Sequence record: ON190024.1
Strand: one strand, 5' to 3'
Length of the DNA stretch: 64,000 nt
Positions 8,890 to 18,300 of the stretch are shown here, one piece after another. The notes under the pieces are model-generated. The model was not told where the DNA came from, did no database searches, and worked only from the letters and a program-made list of their open reading frames with translations. The position numbers were made by a program, and so were the translations under genes. The first letter of the stretch is position 1. Each line of letters opens with the position of its first letter.

Positions 8890-9408
8890 TTACCTCAGAT
8901 AAGTGAAGCTATTTGAATTGCGTTCATGAACTAACAATTCACCGCGAAGCTTAACCCAATGTTCAATTGTCTTTAGATCGTGCGAGTCTCGACGACCGAT
9001 GTGCCAATCATGAATGATTTCAGCCGATAACGGTTGATATAATTCATCACCGCGACGATATGTAGGCATCCATTTAGGCTTGAATTCATCTTCAATATCA
9101 ATTTCGACCTTAATCGCATCAACTGGATCGACTAGAACTACGTCAACACGTTCTAAATGCTCGTGAGAATCAACGTCAACGCATTCAGCGTCTTTAGCAT
9201 CTGATTCATCGACTAAATCACAACGAGTCTCAGAATCAATTACAGCGCATTCTAGCGGTACTTCGGTTTGAGCTACGATTTCATGAGCGATAAGCTCTTC
9301 GATCATTTTGCTCTTTGTAAGGGATTTGTCAAGCTCGATGTCATAATGTTTCAACGCGAATTCAGCGACCCCTCTCTTAGTCTGTTTCTTTAGATATTCA
9401 GTAATCAT
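8890..9408 (-). CDS. Second Inh-like protein
   Basis: VAEFALKHYDIELDKSLTK and IEHWVKLRGELLVHERNSNSF parallel the Inh motifs; AAGGA SD at the reassigned start. Confidence 0.6.
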   Translation of the reverse strand: MITEYLKKQTKRGVAEFALKHYDIELDKSLTKSKMIEELIAHEIVAQTEVPLECAVIDSETRCDLVDESDAKDAECVDVDSHEHLERVDVVLVDPVDAIKVEIDIEDEFKPKWMPTYRRGDELYQPLSAEIIHDWHIGRRDSHDLKTIEHWVKLRGELLVHERNSNSFTYLR

Positions 9409-9416
9409 ATTATTCC

Positions 9417-9623
9417 TTAGCACGTAATAGTGACCCATTCGTTTTGGTTCAAATCAAAGAATGTCAGAGTATCGACACAACGTTCATTCTTCCTCATTTC
9501 TTCGCGATTCGTTTCAAGAACAGGCAAATAATGCTTGCACAATGTGCCGTGATATTTGCGCCCGTCGCGTTCTAATTTAAGACATCCTTGTGTCATACAG
9601 GACATCATTTCTTCTCGTGTCAT
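9417..9623 (-). CDS. Small hypothetical protein, DUF2693/SH3-like
   Basis: MTREEM...HGTL...FFDLNQNEW pattern. Confidence 0.55.
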   Translation of the reverse strand: MTREEMMSCMTQGCLKLERDGRKYHGTLCKHYLPVLETNREEMRKNERCVDTLTFFDLNQNEWVTITC

Positions 9624-9636
9624 GATTTTAGACCTC

Positions 9637-9662
9637 TATAAATACAGTTATACATATTTAGA
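9637..9662. promoter_or_regulatory. Pair of oppositely oriented late promoters
   Basis: TATAAATA (+, 9637-9644) and TCTAAATA (-, 9655-9662). Confidence 0.7.
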
Positions 9663-9686
9663 CAAAACTCGCATAGAGAGAAAAAC

Positions 9687-11210
9687 ATGACAGATATTAA
9701 AATTGAGTACTTCGATGAGAGTTATGCGAGAGTCGTAGCCGAGCCAAGCATTACTCATGAAATGATTGATTACTTTTCATTTCTAACTGACGGGTACAAA
9801 TTCAACCCTAAATTTAAAATGGGCATATGGGATGGCAAGATTCGACTAATGACGTATCAAGGTCTATTACCATACGGTCTAGTCGGTCAAGCTAAAGCGT
9901 TTGCATCAAACATGATGTACACGATTGAAACTGATCCACTACTTGATCCGATTGAGAAAATTTCTCGTGAAGATTTTGAAGCATGGGTTGCTTCTCTTGA
10001 TATTTACGGTGGCAGCAATAAAATTAGCCCGTACTGGTATCAAATGGATTCAGTATTTCACGGTATTAACAATCAGCACAGCCTTTTGAATCTACCAACA
10101 TCGGCGGGTAAATCGCTGATTCAGTCACTTTTGACACGTTGGTTTTTAGAAAATCACGAAGCTCAGAAAGTGTTGATTATCGTCCCAACGACTGCACTAG
10201 TTCAGCAAATGCGTGACGACTTTTTAGACTATCGCTTGTTCGAACACGGTGACATATATCAAATTCGAGGTGGCGTAGATAGAGACGCAATCGGCGACTG
10301 CCGTATTGTTGTTTCAACATGGCAATCGGCTGTTAAGCAAGATAAAGCATGGTTCGATCAGTTCGGTATGCTTCTAGTCGATGAATGTCACTTAGCAACG
10401 GGTAAGTCGCTTGACGGCATCATCAAAAAAATGACCAGTTGTGAATACAAAATCGGTCTTACTGGTTCACTTAGAGACGGTAAAGCTAATATTCTACAGT
10501 ACGTGGGTTCATTTGGTGATATTTTCAGACCTGTATCGACTGCACAGCTAATGGAAGAAGGGCAAGTAACTGATCTGAAGATCAATTGCTTGATGCTTGA
10601 ATATCCTCAGCCACTACGTGATGAAATGAAAGGCAGTTCATATCAAGAAGAAATGAAATTCATTCTTGAGAACAAACAGCGAAATCGTTACCTGATTAAG
10701 CTTGCTCATCATCTGAGTGCTAAGAAAGGCGAGAACACGCTATTACTGTTCAAGAACATCAAACATGGTAAATTGCTCTACGAAGCATTGAAGAAAGTCT
10801 ACGATCCTGAGAAAGTGTTCTACGTATCAGGTGAAACTAAGACTGACGACCGTACACATGTTAAGAAAATTGCAGAAGATATTGACGGGGCAGTTATTGT
10901 CGCATCATACGGTGTATTCTCGACTGGTATCAGTATCAAGAAACTACACAACGTAATTTTCGCACACCCGACAAAGAGTAAGATCATCAACTTACAGTCG
11001 ATTGGTCGTATTCTACGTAAGCACGGTTCGAAAGTTACTGCGAAGCTGTTTGACATTATCGACAACTTAGCGATCAAGCCGAAACGAGCTAACGCTAAGA
11101 AGCCGTACACTCACGTAAATTACACAATGCGGCATGGGATGCAGCGTATTGAGCTTTACAACCAAGAAGAGTTCAAGTACGCAGTCAAAAAAGTTGACCT
11201 TGCTGCATAA
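9687..11210 (+). CDS. uvsW: UvsW SF2 DNA helicase
   Basis: LPTSAGKS, VDECH, GLTGS, LQSIGRILR motifs. Confidence 0.95.
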   Translation: MTDIKIEYFDESYARVVAEPSITHEMIDYFSFLTDGYKFNPKFKMGIWDGKIRLMTYQGLLPYGLVGQAKAFASNMMYTIETDPLLDPIEKISREDFEAWVASLDIYGGSNKISPYWYQMDSVFHGINNQHSLLNLPTSAGKSLIQSLLTRWFLENHEAQKVLIIVPTTALVQQMRDDFLDYRLFEHGDIYQIRGGVDRDAIGDCRIVVSTWQSAVKQDKAWFDQFGMLLVDECHLATGKSLDGIIKKMTSCEYKIGLTGSLRDGKANILQYVGSFGDIFRPVSTAQLMEEGQVTDLKINCLMLEYPQPLRDEMKGSSYQEEMKFILENKQRNRYLIKLAHHLSAKKGENTLLLFKNIKHGKLLYEALKKVYDPEKVFYVSGETKTDDRTHVKKIAEDIDGAVIVASYGVFSTGISIKKLHNVIFAHPTKSKIINLQSIGRILRKHGSKVTAKLFDIIDNLAIKPKRANAKKPYTHVNYTMRHGMQRIELYNQEEFKYAVKKVDLAA

Positions 11211-11218
11211 TAGATACG

Positions 11219-11246
11219 AAAAAGGGAGCAAATTGCTCCCTTTTTT
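11219..11246. terminator. Bidirectional terminator
   Basis: AAAAAGGGAGCA-AAT-TGCTCCCTTTTTT. Confidence 0.9.
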
Positions 11247-11247
11247 A

Positions 11248-11358
11248 TTAGTCAGAAAAGATTGCCGAGAGAATCGCACCGATTAACTCGAACAGAAATT
11301 CAAATGGCGCCCAGAGCCAGTCGAAAAACCCACGATCTCGTTTACGATCTCTGCTCAT
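11248..11358 (-). CDS. 36-aa putative membrane peptide (not in ORF track)
   Basis: MSRDRKRDRGFFDWLWAPFEFLFELIGAILSAIFSD; fills the gap between uvsY.-2 and the terminator. Confidence 0.6.
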   Translation of the reverse strand: MSRDRKRDRGFFDWLWAPFEFLFELIGAILSAIFSD

Positions 11359-11362
11359 ACCT

Positions 11363-11533
11363 TTACCCGTTTAGAAGTTGTGTTTCGACAAGTTGCTGAT
11401 CGCCGCCAGATTCAGAAATAGCCATTTCTGCTAGATGTTGCTGACATTGACCTGCGTGAACTGTGCCTTGTGGCGTATCAATCGTGACATCGCCTTCTTT
11501 GATAGGTTGCTTGCATACAACACAATGTGCCAT
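11363..11533 (-). CDS. uvsY.-2: UvsY.-2-like protein (DUF2685)
   Basis: CVVCKQPI...TPQGTVHAGQC...ETQLL matches T4 UvsY.-2. Confidence 0.8.
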   Translation of the reverse strand: MAHCVVCKQPIKEGDVTIDTPQGTVHAGQCQQHLAEMAISESGGDQQLVETQLLNG

Positions 11534-11706
11534 TAGTCTAACCCCGATTTTGTAAGTGATTGGTAGAGTGCGAAGTCGTTGACTTGCAATGAGCCATTCA
11601 ATTCCCACCCGTCGTTTAGTAGCTCTTGCACCTCTTCTTCGAATTCATCTGCGAACTCGTGACGCCGAGATACTACTTTGTATTTATGTCTAAGCCAGTT
11701 CTGCAT
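11533..11706 (-). CDS. 57-aa DUF1737-like protein (not in ORF track)
   Basis: MQNWLRHKYKVVS...EEEVQELLNDGWELNGSLQV... Confidence 0.6.
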   Translation of the reverse strand: MQNWLRHKYKVVSRRHEFADEFEEEVQELLNDGWELNGSLQVNDFALYQSLTKSGLD

Positions 11707-11707
11707 A

Positions 11708-12121
11708 CTACATACCTATTGCTAGTTTGAATAGAGCAGACGCTTTACCACCATCGAAAACTTTACCTGTAGCCTTTAGAGCGCCCATTAGTTTGCCCAT
11801 ATCACGCATAGAATCTGCACCAGTTTCTAGCACGAAGTTAGAAACAAACGTGTCTAGCTCTGAATCAGATATTTTTGCTGGTAGCAAAGACTCAAGAACA
11901 GCGTTTTCAGCGTTCAGAATGTCAACATGGTCTCCCTGTGCGTGTTCAAGTGCGAGTTTGTTGTTGTCGATTGCGCTTGAGATCACTTTGATGCAAGATT
12001 CATCATCGTGTTTTTGACGACGGTCAAGTTCACCCATAATGACACCCAAGACAGACGCAACTGCGTTGTTGCGGTCTTTACGAGCTTGTAGGCGTGTTGC
12101 TTTGATTGTTTCGATGATCAT
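11708..12121 (-). CDS. GatB/YqeY-domain protein
   Basis: LQARKDRN...LGVIMGEL...E..VLESLLP...DMGKLMGALK. Confidence 0.8.
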   Translation of the reverse strand: MIIETIKATRLQARKDRNNAVASVLGVIMGELDRRQKHDDESCIKVISSAIDNNKLALEHAQGDHVDILNAENAVLESLLPAKISDSELDTFVSNFVLETGADSMRDMGKLMGALKATGKVFDGGKASALFKLAIGM

Positions 12122-12531
12122 ACTATACCACTCTCAATTTTTCTATTATCAATAATGTGTTTAATTGTGAAGCCCATTTGGCTAATGCCTTTCAAAGCTT
12201 CTTCGATGAAAGATAACACATCTTTCATATGTTGAAAACGTGCAATCGCTAATTGAAGAGCTTCATCACCAGCGAGTGCGTATTTCATTTCACTTTTTTC
12301 AACGATAAAATCACAAACTTCATCGTCATGCTTGCCGCTATAAAAGAGCCAGCGGTCTTTTCTCACTGCTTCCATTTTCATTTCAGCTTTAATAAGAAGC
12401 TGTCTTGCATCGGCTCTATATGCAAGCCACTTTGCATGAAGTACTGGGATTCGAATGGCTGCTGTTTCTAGTGCAGTCGTATCGATCTTAACGTCTTCAT
12501 GGTATTCTGCTTTTAAATCTTGTAACTTCAT
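12118..12531 (-). CDS. uvsY: UvsY recombination mediator
   Basis: 137 aa from reassigned start; DVKIDTTALE, GFTIKHIIDNRKIESG; synteny. Confidence 0.9.
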   Translation of the reverse strand: MKLQDLKAEYHEDVKIDTTALETAAIRIPVLHAKWLAYRADARQLLIKAEMKMEAVRKDRWLFYSGKHDDEVCDFIVEKSEMKYALAGDEALQLAIARFQHMKDVLSFIEEALKGISQMGFTIKHIIDNRKIESGIV

Positions 12532-12551
12532 ATAATACCCTCGCTTCATCA

Positions 12552-12580
12552 AGTATACATATCAAACGGGTTTTTGTAAA
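12552..12580 (-). promoter_or_regulatory. uvsY promoter
   Basis: (G)TTTACA-17-TATACT. Confidence 0.7.
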
Positions 12581-12584
12581 CACG

Positions 12585-12655
12585 AATCTTACTAATACTT
12601 CTAATATCACTAAAAGCACTAATTCTACTAAGATGATGCGGAATTTTTCCGCCTC
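12585..12655 (-). repeat. 71-bp iteron-like element, copy 1
   Basis: Reverse complement matches 55788..55858 at 68/71; hairpin plus five 9-bp TTAG units. Confidence 0.95.
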
Positions 12656-12675
12656 TTACCTTTTGCTTCGCGTAT

Positions 12676-12697
12676 AAAAAAAGCCCCGAAGGGCTTT
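12676..12697 (-). terminator. Terminator after genes 34-35
   Basis: AAAGCCC-TTCG-GGGCTTTTTTT. Confidence 0.85.
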
Positions 12698-12698
12698 C

Positions 12699-15383
12699 TT
12701 ATTGCATTGCGTAATCAATCGCAGTGATTGTGTCTTCATAGAAACAAGCAACTTTGACTTCAGACACGATAGGCAAAGCCCACATTGTCTGACTTTCAGT
12801 TACAGATCCCTCATCACGATAGCGCAAGAACATCTTGGCGTGGTCTGATTTCCATCTATAGAAGCTAACTGCGTTCGTTGTGTATGAGCCAACGCCTTTT
12901 GCTGTTAAGCTACTCGGATCATCTTCAGGGTTGTAAACGCCGAAGTAGTTTTCATACTTGTCTTGGAACGCTTGATGTTGAGCATCTGTCCACGTATGCG
13001 GTAGAATGAATGCTTGCATCAGAATCCATTTTCCGTTAGCGGCTGGGAAGTTATCAACACGATCAATCGTTGCAAATGTTGAAGCATCTGTCCCATCAGC
13101 TAATCTCAATGTGCTAAACGCATCAGCGCCATCTTTGACTCGACAACTAAAGTGTAAATAACCCGCGTCTTTATCAATTGAGTTTACCCACAATGACAAG
13201 AAGTATGGTCTTGTCGGGTCAATATTGATTTCAGACATTTCAATCATTGTTTGTGTGCCTGTAGAGCGTGTGAAACACTTCTCGCCATTCGAAAGAACAT
13301 AATTCCCCCAATGAACGTTATCTGTTTCTCTGACTGGCATATTGACATTCTCGTATAGATTCGAGTTCGAGTTGTATGCATTAAACCAGCTTGTGTCATT
13401 CACTACGTTGCCTGATATTGGTGAATTTACAATATCTTGAGCAGCTAGACCATTTATATTCGAAATCAAATGAGGAGTTCCGCTAGGAACTGCAAACCCG
13501 CCTTTGTAAACGAGTGCATAATCGAAGTACTCTTGGTCAAGATCTGACCACACGCCAAATGTAACTGCACCTGCTGGGACTTGAACAAAAAACTCTTGAG
13601 TTTCGAATAATTCCGCTGACCCGAAGAAAATATTCTGCCTTGCAACTTCAGTGTTCACTGCATTGTACATTCTCAGGTTACACGATTTCGTACCGCCACC
13701 GATAGCAGTAGTTCTATCAATACACGCTCTTACTTTGTAGATCAGGTATTGACCTTCAACAACACCGAAGTCAGATAGATTGTATCGAGTATCAACGGGT
13801 ACCATATCACGTGCCAGAAGCGCGTTTCCGAATCCTGCTGAACCGATTCCATCTTTGTCTTCGAATGCAGTATCAACAATGCTGTCGCCGTCAGACGGGT
13901 GGTCGAATATACATCGATCATATACAATACCTAAATCAGCACGACCGAACGCCGCATAACTGTAGCTGTATTGGCTGAAGTACGAACTTCCTCTATACTC
14001 GACGGGATTGTATTGATTAATTGCAGCATCAACCGCCGCATCGCCGTACATCGAACCGTTAGAGACGATGATGAAGATTTCATTCGTCAGGTTATTCAAT
14101 GCATTGACGAAGTTTCCGCGTTCAGTTGAACTACTCAAAAGATACTTGCTGCTTGTTTTCACTGTCAAATCATCATTCATAATCAGAAGACGAATTTGAT
14201 ATGCTTGTTTAGTTTCGGGCGTGAATAGACTAACATCATTCAAATAGCATGATGCTAGATTCGAACTACCGTTTGCAACACCAGTAGCAACTAGACGATA
14301 ATTGTTATTCGAGAACTCGCGAATGTGTCTAGCCGCAAGTTCATATTCACCTACTCGTGATCCTACAGGCGCATAGATCCACAATTCAGTTACATTGACT
14401 GTTTGTCCGGGACCTGGCGTAGAGCCGCCCGACGCAGCTTGCGCACCGATTGCATAATACCAGTTTGAGTGATTCACTGACCCATCAGCAAGTGAGTTTG
14501 AGCCTGTGTTGTACTCAATACCACCCCAATACTGAACGTCAGATTGGATTGAAATCGCTTCGTAGCCACGAACCCCACCAGTACGAGCATCATAATCCCC
14601 TGTGTAGTTTTTAATCAACGGAGCATCGGAAATCATGAAGTTAGTCAACCAACGTTTTCCAGTTGGTAGTTTAGCAACATCTGACGTATACCCACAATAC
14701 CAGTACATATTACTTGTTGACAGAGTACTAGGCGTCGTGAAACGAGCATAATGACGCTTCCATAGAATTCCATCAACTATGCGTTCATTGCCGGCTGACT
14801 CAAACACATCACCCGGGATGTGACCTAGTGTATATGGGTTTGATGCACCGTCATACCAGCGAGAATGAAACAGAGCTGCGGTATCATGATCAGTATCGAC
14901 TTCATATCCAACCCAACATGACATTGTGTATGTTCGATTCGGAAGAAGTCGGGTTTGTGGAACTGAAAACACAATTTGATCTTTGACCGCCGCAGTTGGC
15001 TGCTCGACAACGTATTTTGATGACCCTGGGTTTTCTTTTTCAACAACGACCCATGAGCCTGTTTTTGTCGTTTGTTCGGTAACAAATTGACCTCCAGCCA
15101 AGTTACCGTTTGTCAGATACTGACCTACGCCTTTCGCTGCGAAGTTGTTACTTTGTTTCCAAATATTCGTGATGCCGACTTCAGGGTAATGCAGCTTGAA
15201 TTGAAATTTACCGTCCTCACGACGAAATTCTTCAAGTGAGTTTAACGCACTGAATTTGGCTTCAATGTCGGGATCCGTCCCGACACTTCTAGCCTCAGCA
15301 TCGGAGGTGAAAAATACACCTCCTGTAGAATCATGGCGAAAGATTAGTAACCAATCGCCTTCACGTTTAAGTCTTTCGTACAT
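12699..15383 (-). CDS. 35: Long tail fibre hinge protein gp35-like, enlarged (894 aa)
   Basis: Directly after gene 34; fibrinogen-like N-terminus (WLLIFRH...FKLHYPE...WKQ) and ILEI-like central part. Confidence 0.65.
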   Translation of the reverse strand: MYERLKREGDWLLIFRHDSTGGVFFTSDAEARSVGTDPDIEAKFSALNSLEEFRREDGKFQFKLHYPEVGITNIWKQSNNFAAKGVGQYLTNGNLAGGQFVTEQTTKTGSWVVVEKENPGSSKYVVEQPTAAVKDQIVFSVPQTRLLPNRTYTMSCWVGYEVDTDHDTAALFHSRWYDGASNPYTLGHIPGDVFESAGNERIVDGILWKRHYARFTTPSTLSTSNMYWYCGYTSDVAKLPTGKRWLTNFMISDAPLIKNYTGDYDARTGGVRGYEAISIQSDVQYWGGIEYNTGSNSLADGSVNHSNWYYAIGAQAASGGSTPGPGQTVNVTELWIYAPVGSRVGEYELAARHIREFSNNNYRLVATGVANGSSNLASCYLNDVSLFTPETKQAYQIRLLIMNDDLTVKTSSKYLLSSSTERGNFVNALNNLTNEIFIIVSNGSMYGDAAVDAAINQYNPVEYRGSSYFSQYSYSYAAFGRADLGIVYDRCIFDHPSDGDSIVDTAFEDKDGIGSAGFGNALLARDMVPVDTRYNLSDFGVVEGQYLIYKVRACIDRTTAIGGGTKSCNLRMYNAVNTEVARQNIFFGSAELFETQEFFVQVPAGAVTFGVWSDLDQEYFDYALVYKGGFAVPSGTPHLISNINGLAAQDIVNSPISGNVVNDTSWFNAYNSNSNLYENVNMPVRETDNVHWGNYVLSNGEKCFTRSTGTQTMIEMSEINIDPTRPYFLSLWVNSIDKDAGYLHFSCRVKDGADAFSTLRLADGTDASTFATIDRVDNFPAANGKWILMQAFILPHTWTDAQHQAFQDKYENYFGVYNPEDDPSSLTAKGVGSYTTNAVSFYRWKSDHAKMFLRYRDEGSVTESQTMWALPIVSEVKVACFYEDTITAIDYAMQ

Positions 15384-15391
15384 AAGTCACC

Positions 15392-18300
15392 TTAAATTGC
15401 GTGACCGAATGTGAACTCCAGCACGCCTTGATTGTTTGTTGACATTCTTACAGAGCCAACTTGAATGTAGTCTCTGTATTTAACGTTGTCACCAGTACCG
15501 CCATCTGGCGTGAACAAGTCAATTCGCTCAGATAGAGTCTTACCTGCACCAGCCGATAGAGCTTGGTGTGGGTCTGAAGCATTCACTGGGTCTGCTGTGC
15601 GCACATCACTTGTTACTTGAACAATACCTGGGTTCGTACGACTTGACTTGATTAGTCGGTCGTTCGAGATCGTACCGCTCGTGATGTTCTCACCTGAGTG
15701 ATTGTGACTATTGTCGTTAACTTGCACGTTTGTAGAAACGTTTCCGCTTCCGTCAATTGTGAAGTTACCAGTCAAGTCGCCAGTGAACGTCACTGTACGC
15801 GCTGTAACCCACTTCTCAGCCGCTTTTGCTACGTTATTGATACCCAAGTACTTCTGACGAAGTGTACCTGCTGCTGGGCTTGAATAAGTCCCGTATGTTG
15901 CATCAACGTTTGCGCTTGATTCGTTTTCAGTAACTGTGCTACCGAAAGTCGCACCACTTGCTTGTGTAGTATAACCAGACGAATTAACTTGCCAGCGAAC
16001 AAAATCAGCCGCGCCTTGAATCGAGAACGTAGCAGTTGATGATGCACCGCTTCCCCCGACGCGAATGCGGGGAGCAGAATCAAACCAATCTAGCTTAACA
16101 ATATCACCAGTCGGTGCATTCTGTACTTGAAGCCAGCCACCTGCATTAATTTCGACGTTTTTAGCATTGAACGTATAAGTTCCGTTGATCGTTTGATTAA
16201 TATCACGACGAGCAAACTGAGTACTGTCTAAACCATCTAGCAATTCTGAGTCATCAGCCTTTGCATTCAATGGCAAGTAGTTGCGCAATGCATAATGCAA
16301 GCTGTACGGCGTAACTGCATACGGGGTACGCAAGTAAGCTGTATATGCTTGAGTTGAACCGTCAGTGCTGTTACCAACGAATGTTTCTGCTGGCGTAGCT
16401 AGACGAACAACACCGAAGCGTGTTTCATCAGAACGTGAATTCGTAGAAGTACGAGTCCAACGAAGCAAGTCTTTTGGCGATACGTAAACTGGTGTGTTAT
16501 CAACGCCACCGATTGTTGCAGTGTCAATTTCAGCATTTGTTGCACGACGAACAATACCGTATTGTGTTTCGGTTGCACGACGACGATCAAGCGTCAATGG
16601 TGTGACAATTTTATCGGCTGCTGCTGCTGTGCCGTCCCAAGACGTACCGTTCCACGTTTGCTGAACTTTAGCTTCTGTTTCAGTCGCTGTTTCTAGAGTA
16701 CCGCGTTGCGTTGTTGTTGCAAGTGCGATTTCTAGATTGATGCCGTTCCAAATGTCACCTGTATGTGAGATACCCGATACGCCGTAACCCGCGCCTTGAG
16801 CAACGCCATCACTAGTAAAGTGATCGTATGCAAGCCATGTTGCAACTTTCAGAGGCGTAACGATACGTGTATCATCAGTCCCTGCGTCAACTTCGACTTG
16901 AGTTGCAATCTCAGCAACACCGCGACGAGATTCAGTCGCTGTACGACTGTTTAATGTCTCAGGTGTAACGAACACAGTTGTCCATGCTTCACCTGTTCCG
17001 CTGATTGCGTTTGTTTCAGCTTGAGTTGCTGAACGTGCAATACCGCGAATTGTTGAGCTTGCTTTCCACGCTGCTAATTTCTTAGGCGTGATGATTGCAT
17101 CATCAACGGTTGAGTCGTTTACACGAAGCTCAGTGCTCTTAGCAACCCATAGAGTACCCGGTTGGTTCTCAGTAGCTCGATATTCATCAAGCATTTTTGG
17201 AGTTACAATGCGAAGATGATCAGTTTTGTCATATACAGTATCAACAACACCGTTAACTGTTCTGTCAGAACGCATATTTGCAGTAGAAGCTACTGTGCCA
17301 TTAGCGTTAATGTTGTTTGACGCCTTGACAAGTTCTGCAACGCCTGTTAAATTCTCTTCCGCTTGCGCAGCATGAAACTTCTTAGGCGTGATCACTTGCA
17401 CATCGTTAGTTGTGCTACGTGTTTCAGTCTGTGTCGCAATTTCAACAACACCGCGACGTGTTTCAGTTGCTGTACGAGCGTTCAAGCTTCTCGGCGTGAT
17501 CATGATGTCATGACGGAATGCACTATCTGGGTAGCGAACTAACGCGCCAGAACGTGATTCTTCAAGTGCTTCATCAACACCAAGAGTCGCGATACGAGCC
17601 ATACCGACTTGATCTTCGGCTGCACGACGTGCATCTAAAGTTTCAACGGTAATTACGTGATCTTTCAACGGACTCTGATCAGCCCATGGTTTTGCAACAT
17701 CTTCTGGATGTGCATATTCAATGCCGTGAGCTAGAGCCTCAGTTGGGTCAGCTAGTGGCACGATACCCGGACGTTTTCGGTGAAGTTCATCTGCAATGTC
17801 GATACGAGTTGCAATGTTACCGAATGACCATACTTTACGAGTTCCGTCATAGTACAGTACGAATGAGTAACCGCTGTCATAGTCGCTAATATCGAACGAT
17901 TCTACGAAGAATGGAACGAAATCGACGTAATGACGATATTTTTGATAACGGTAAGTCTCGAAGTCCAAGAATACTTTGTATTCATCTGGGCCGTGACCTG
18001 GGTCATCATCACCAAAATTCGGGTGAACTTGAACTGTTACAGGTTTGTTCGCAGTCTTGTTGTGTGAAATCTCGATCCAGTCACCATCAACTGGTTTTTC
18101 TGGTAGCGTGATTGTCATTGCACTAACTGCATCAGCGATTTCAATCGCGTAACGAGTACGTGGTTTTAGCGTAACTGCACTTGATTCACCCACATAGTTC
18201 CACAAATGCGGGTTGTTCGCAATAGTGATAACCCAAACGCCAGTGCCGTTGTCATCAATAAACGTGATGTCAGCTCCACCTATTGTGTCTAAGCTGATTA

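Noticed and set aside
16400-17700. Repeats in gene 34 as a possible array or diversity-generating element
   Set aside because: Degenerate protein-level structural repeats known from T4 gp34; no DNA-level repeat-spacer structure
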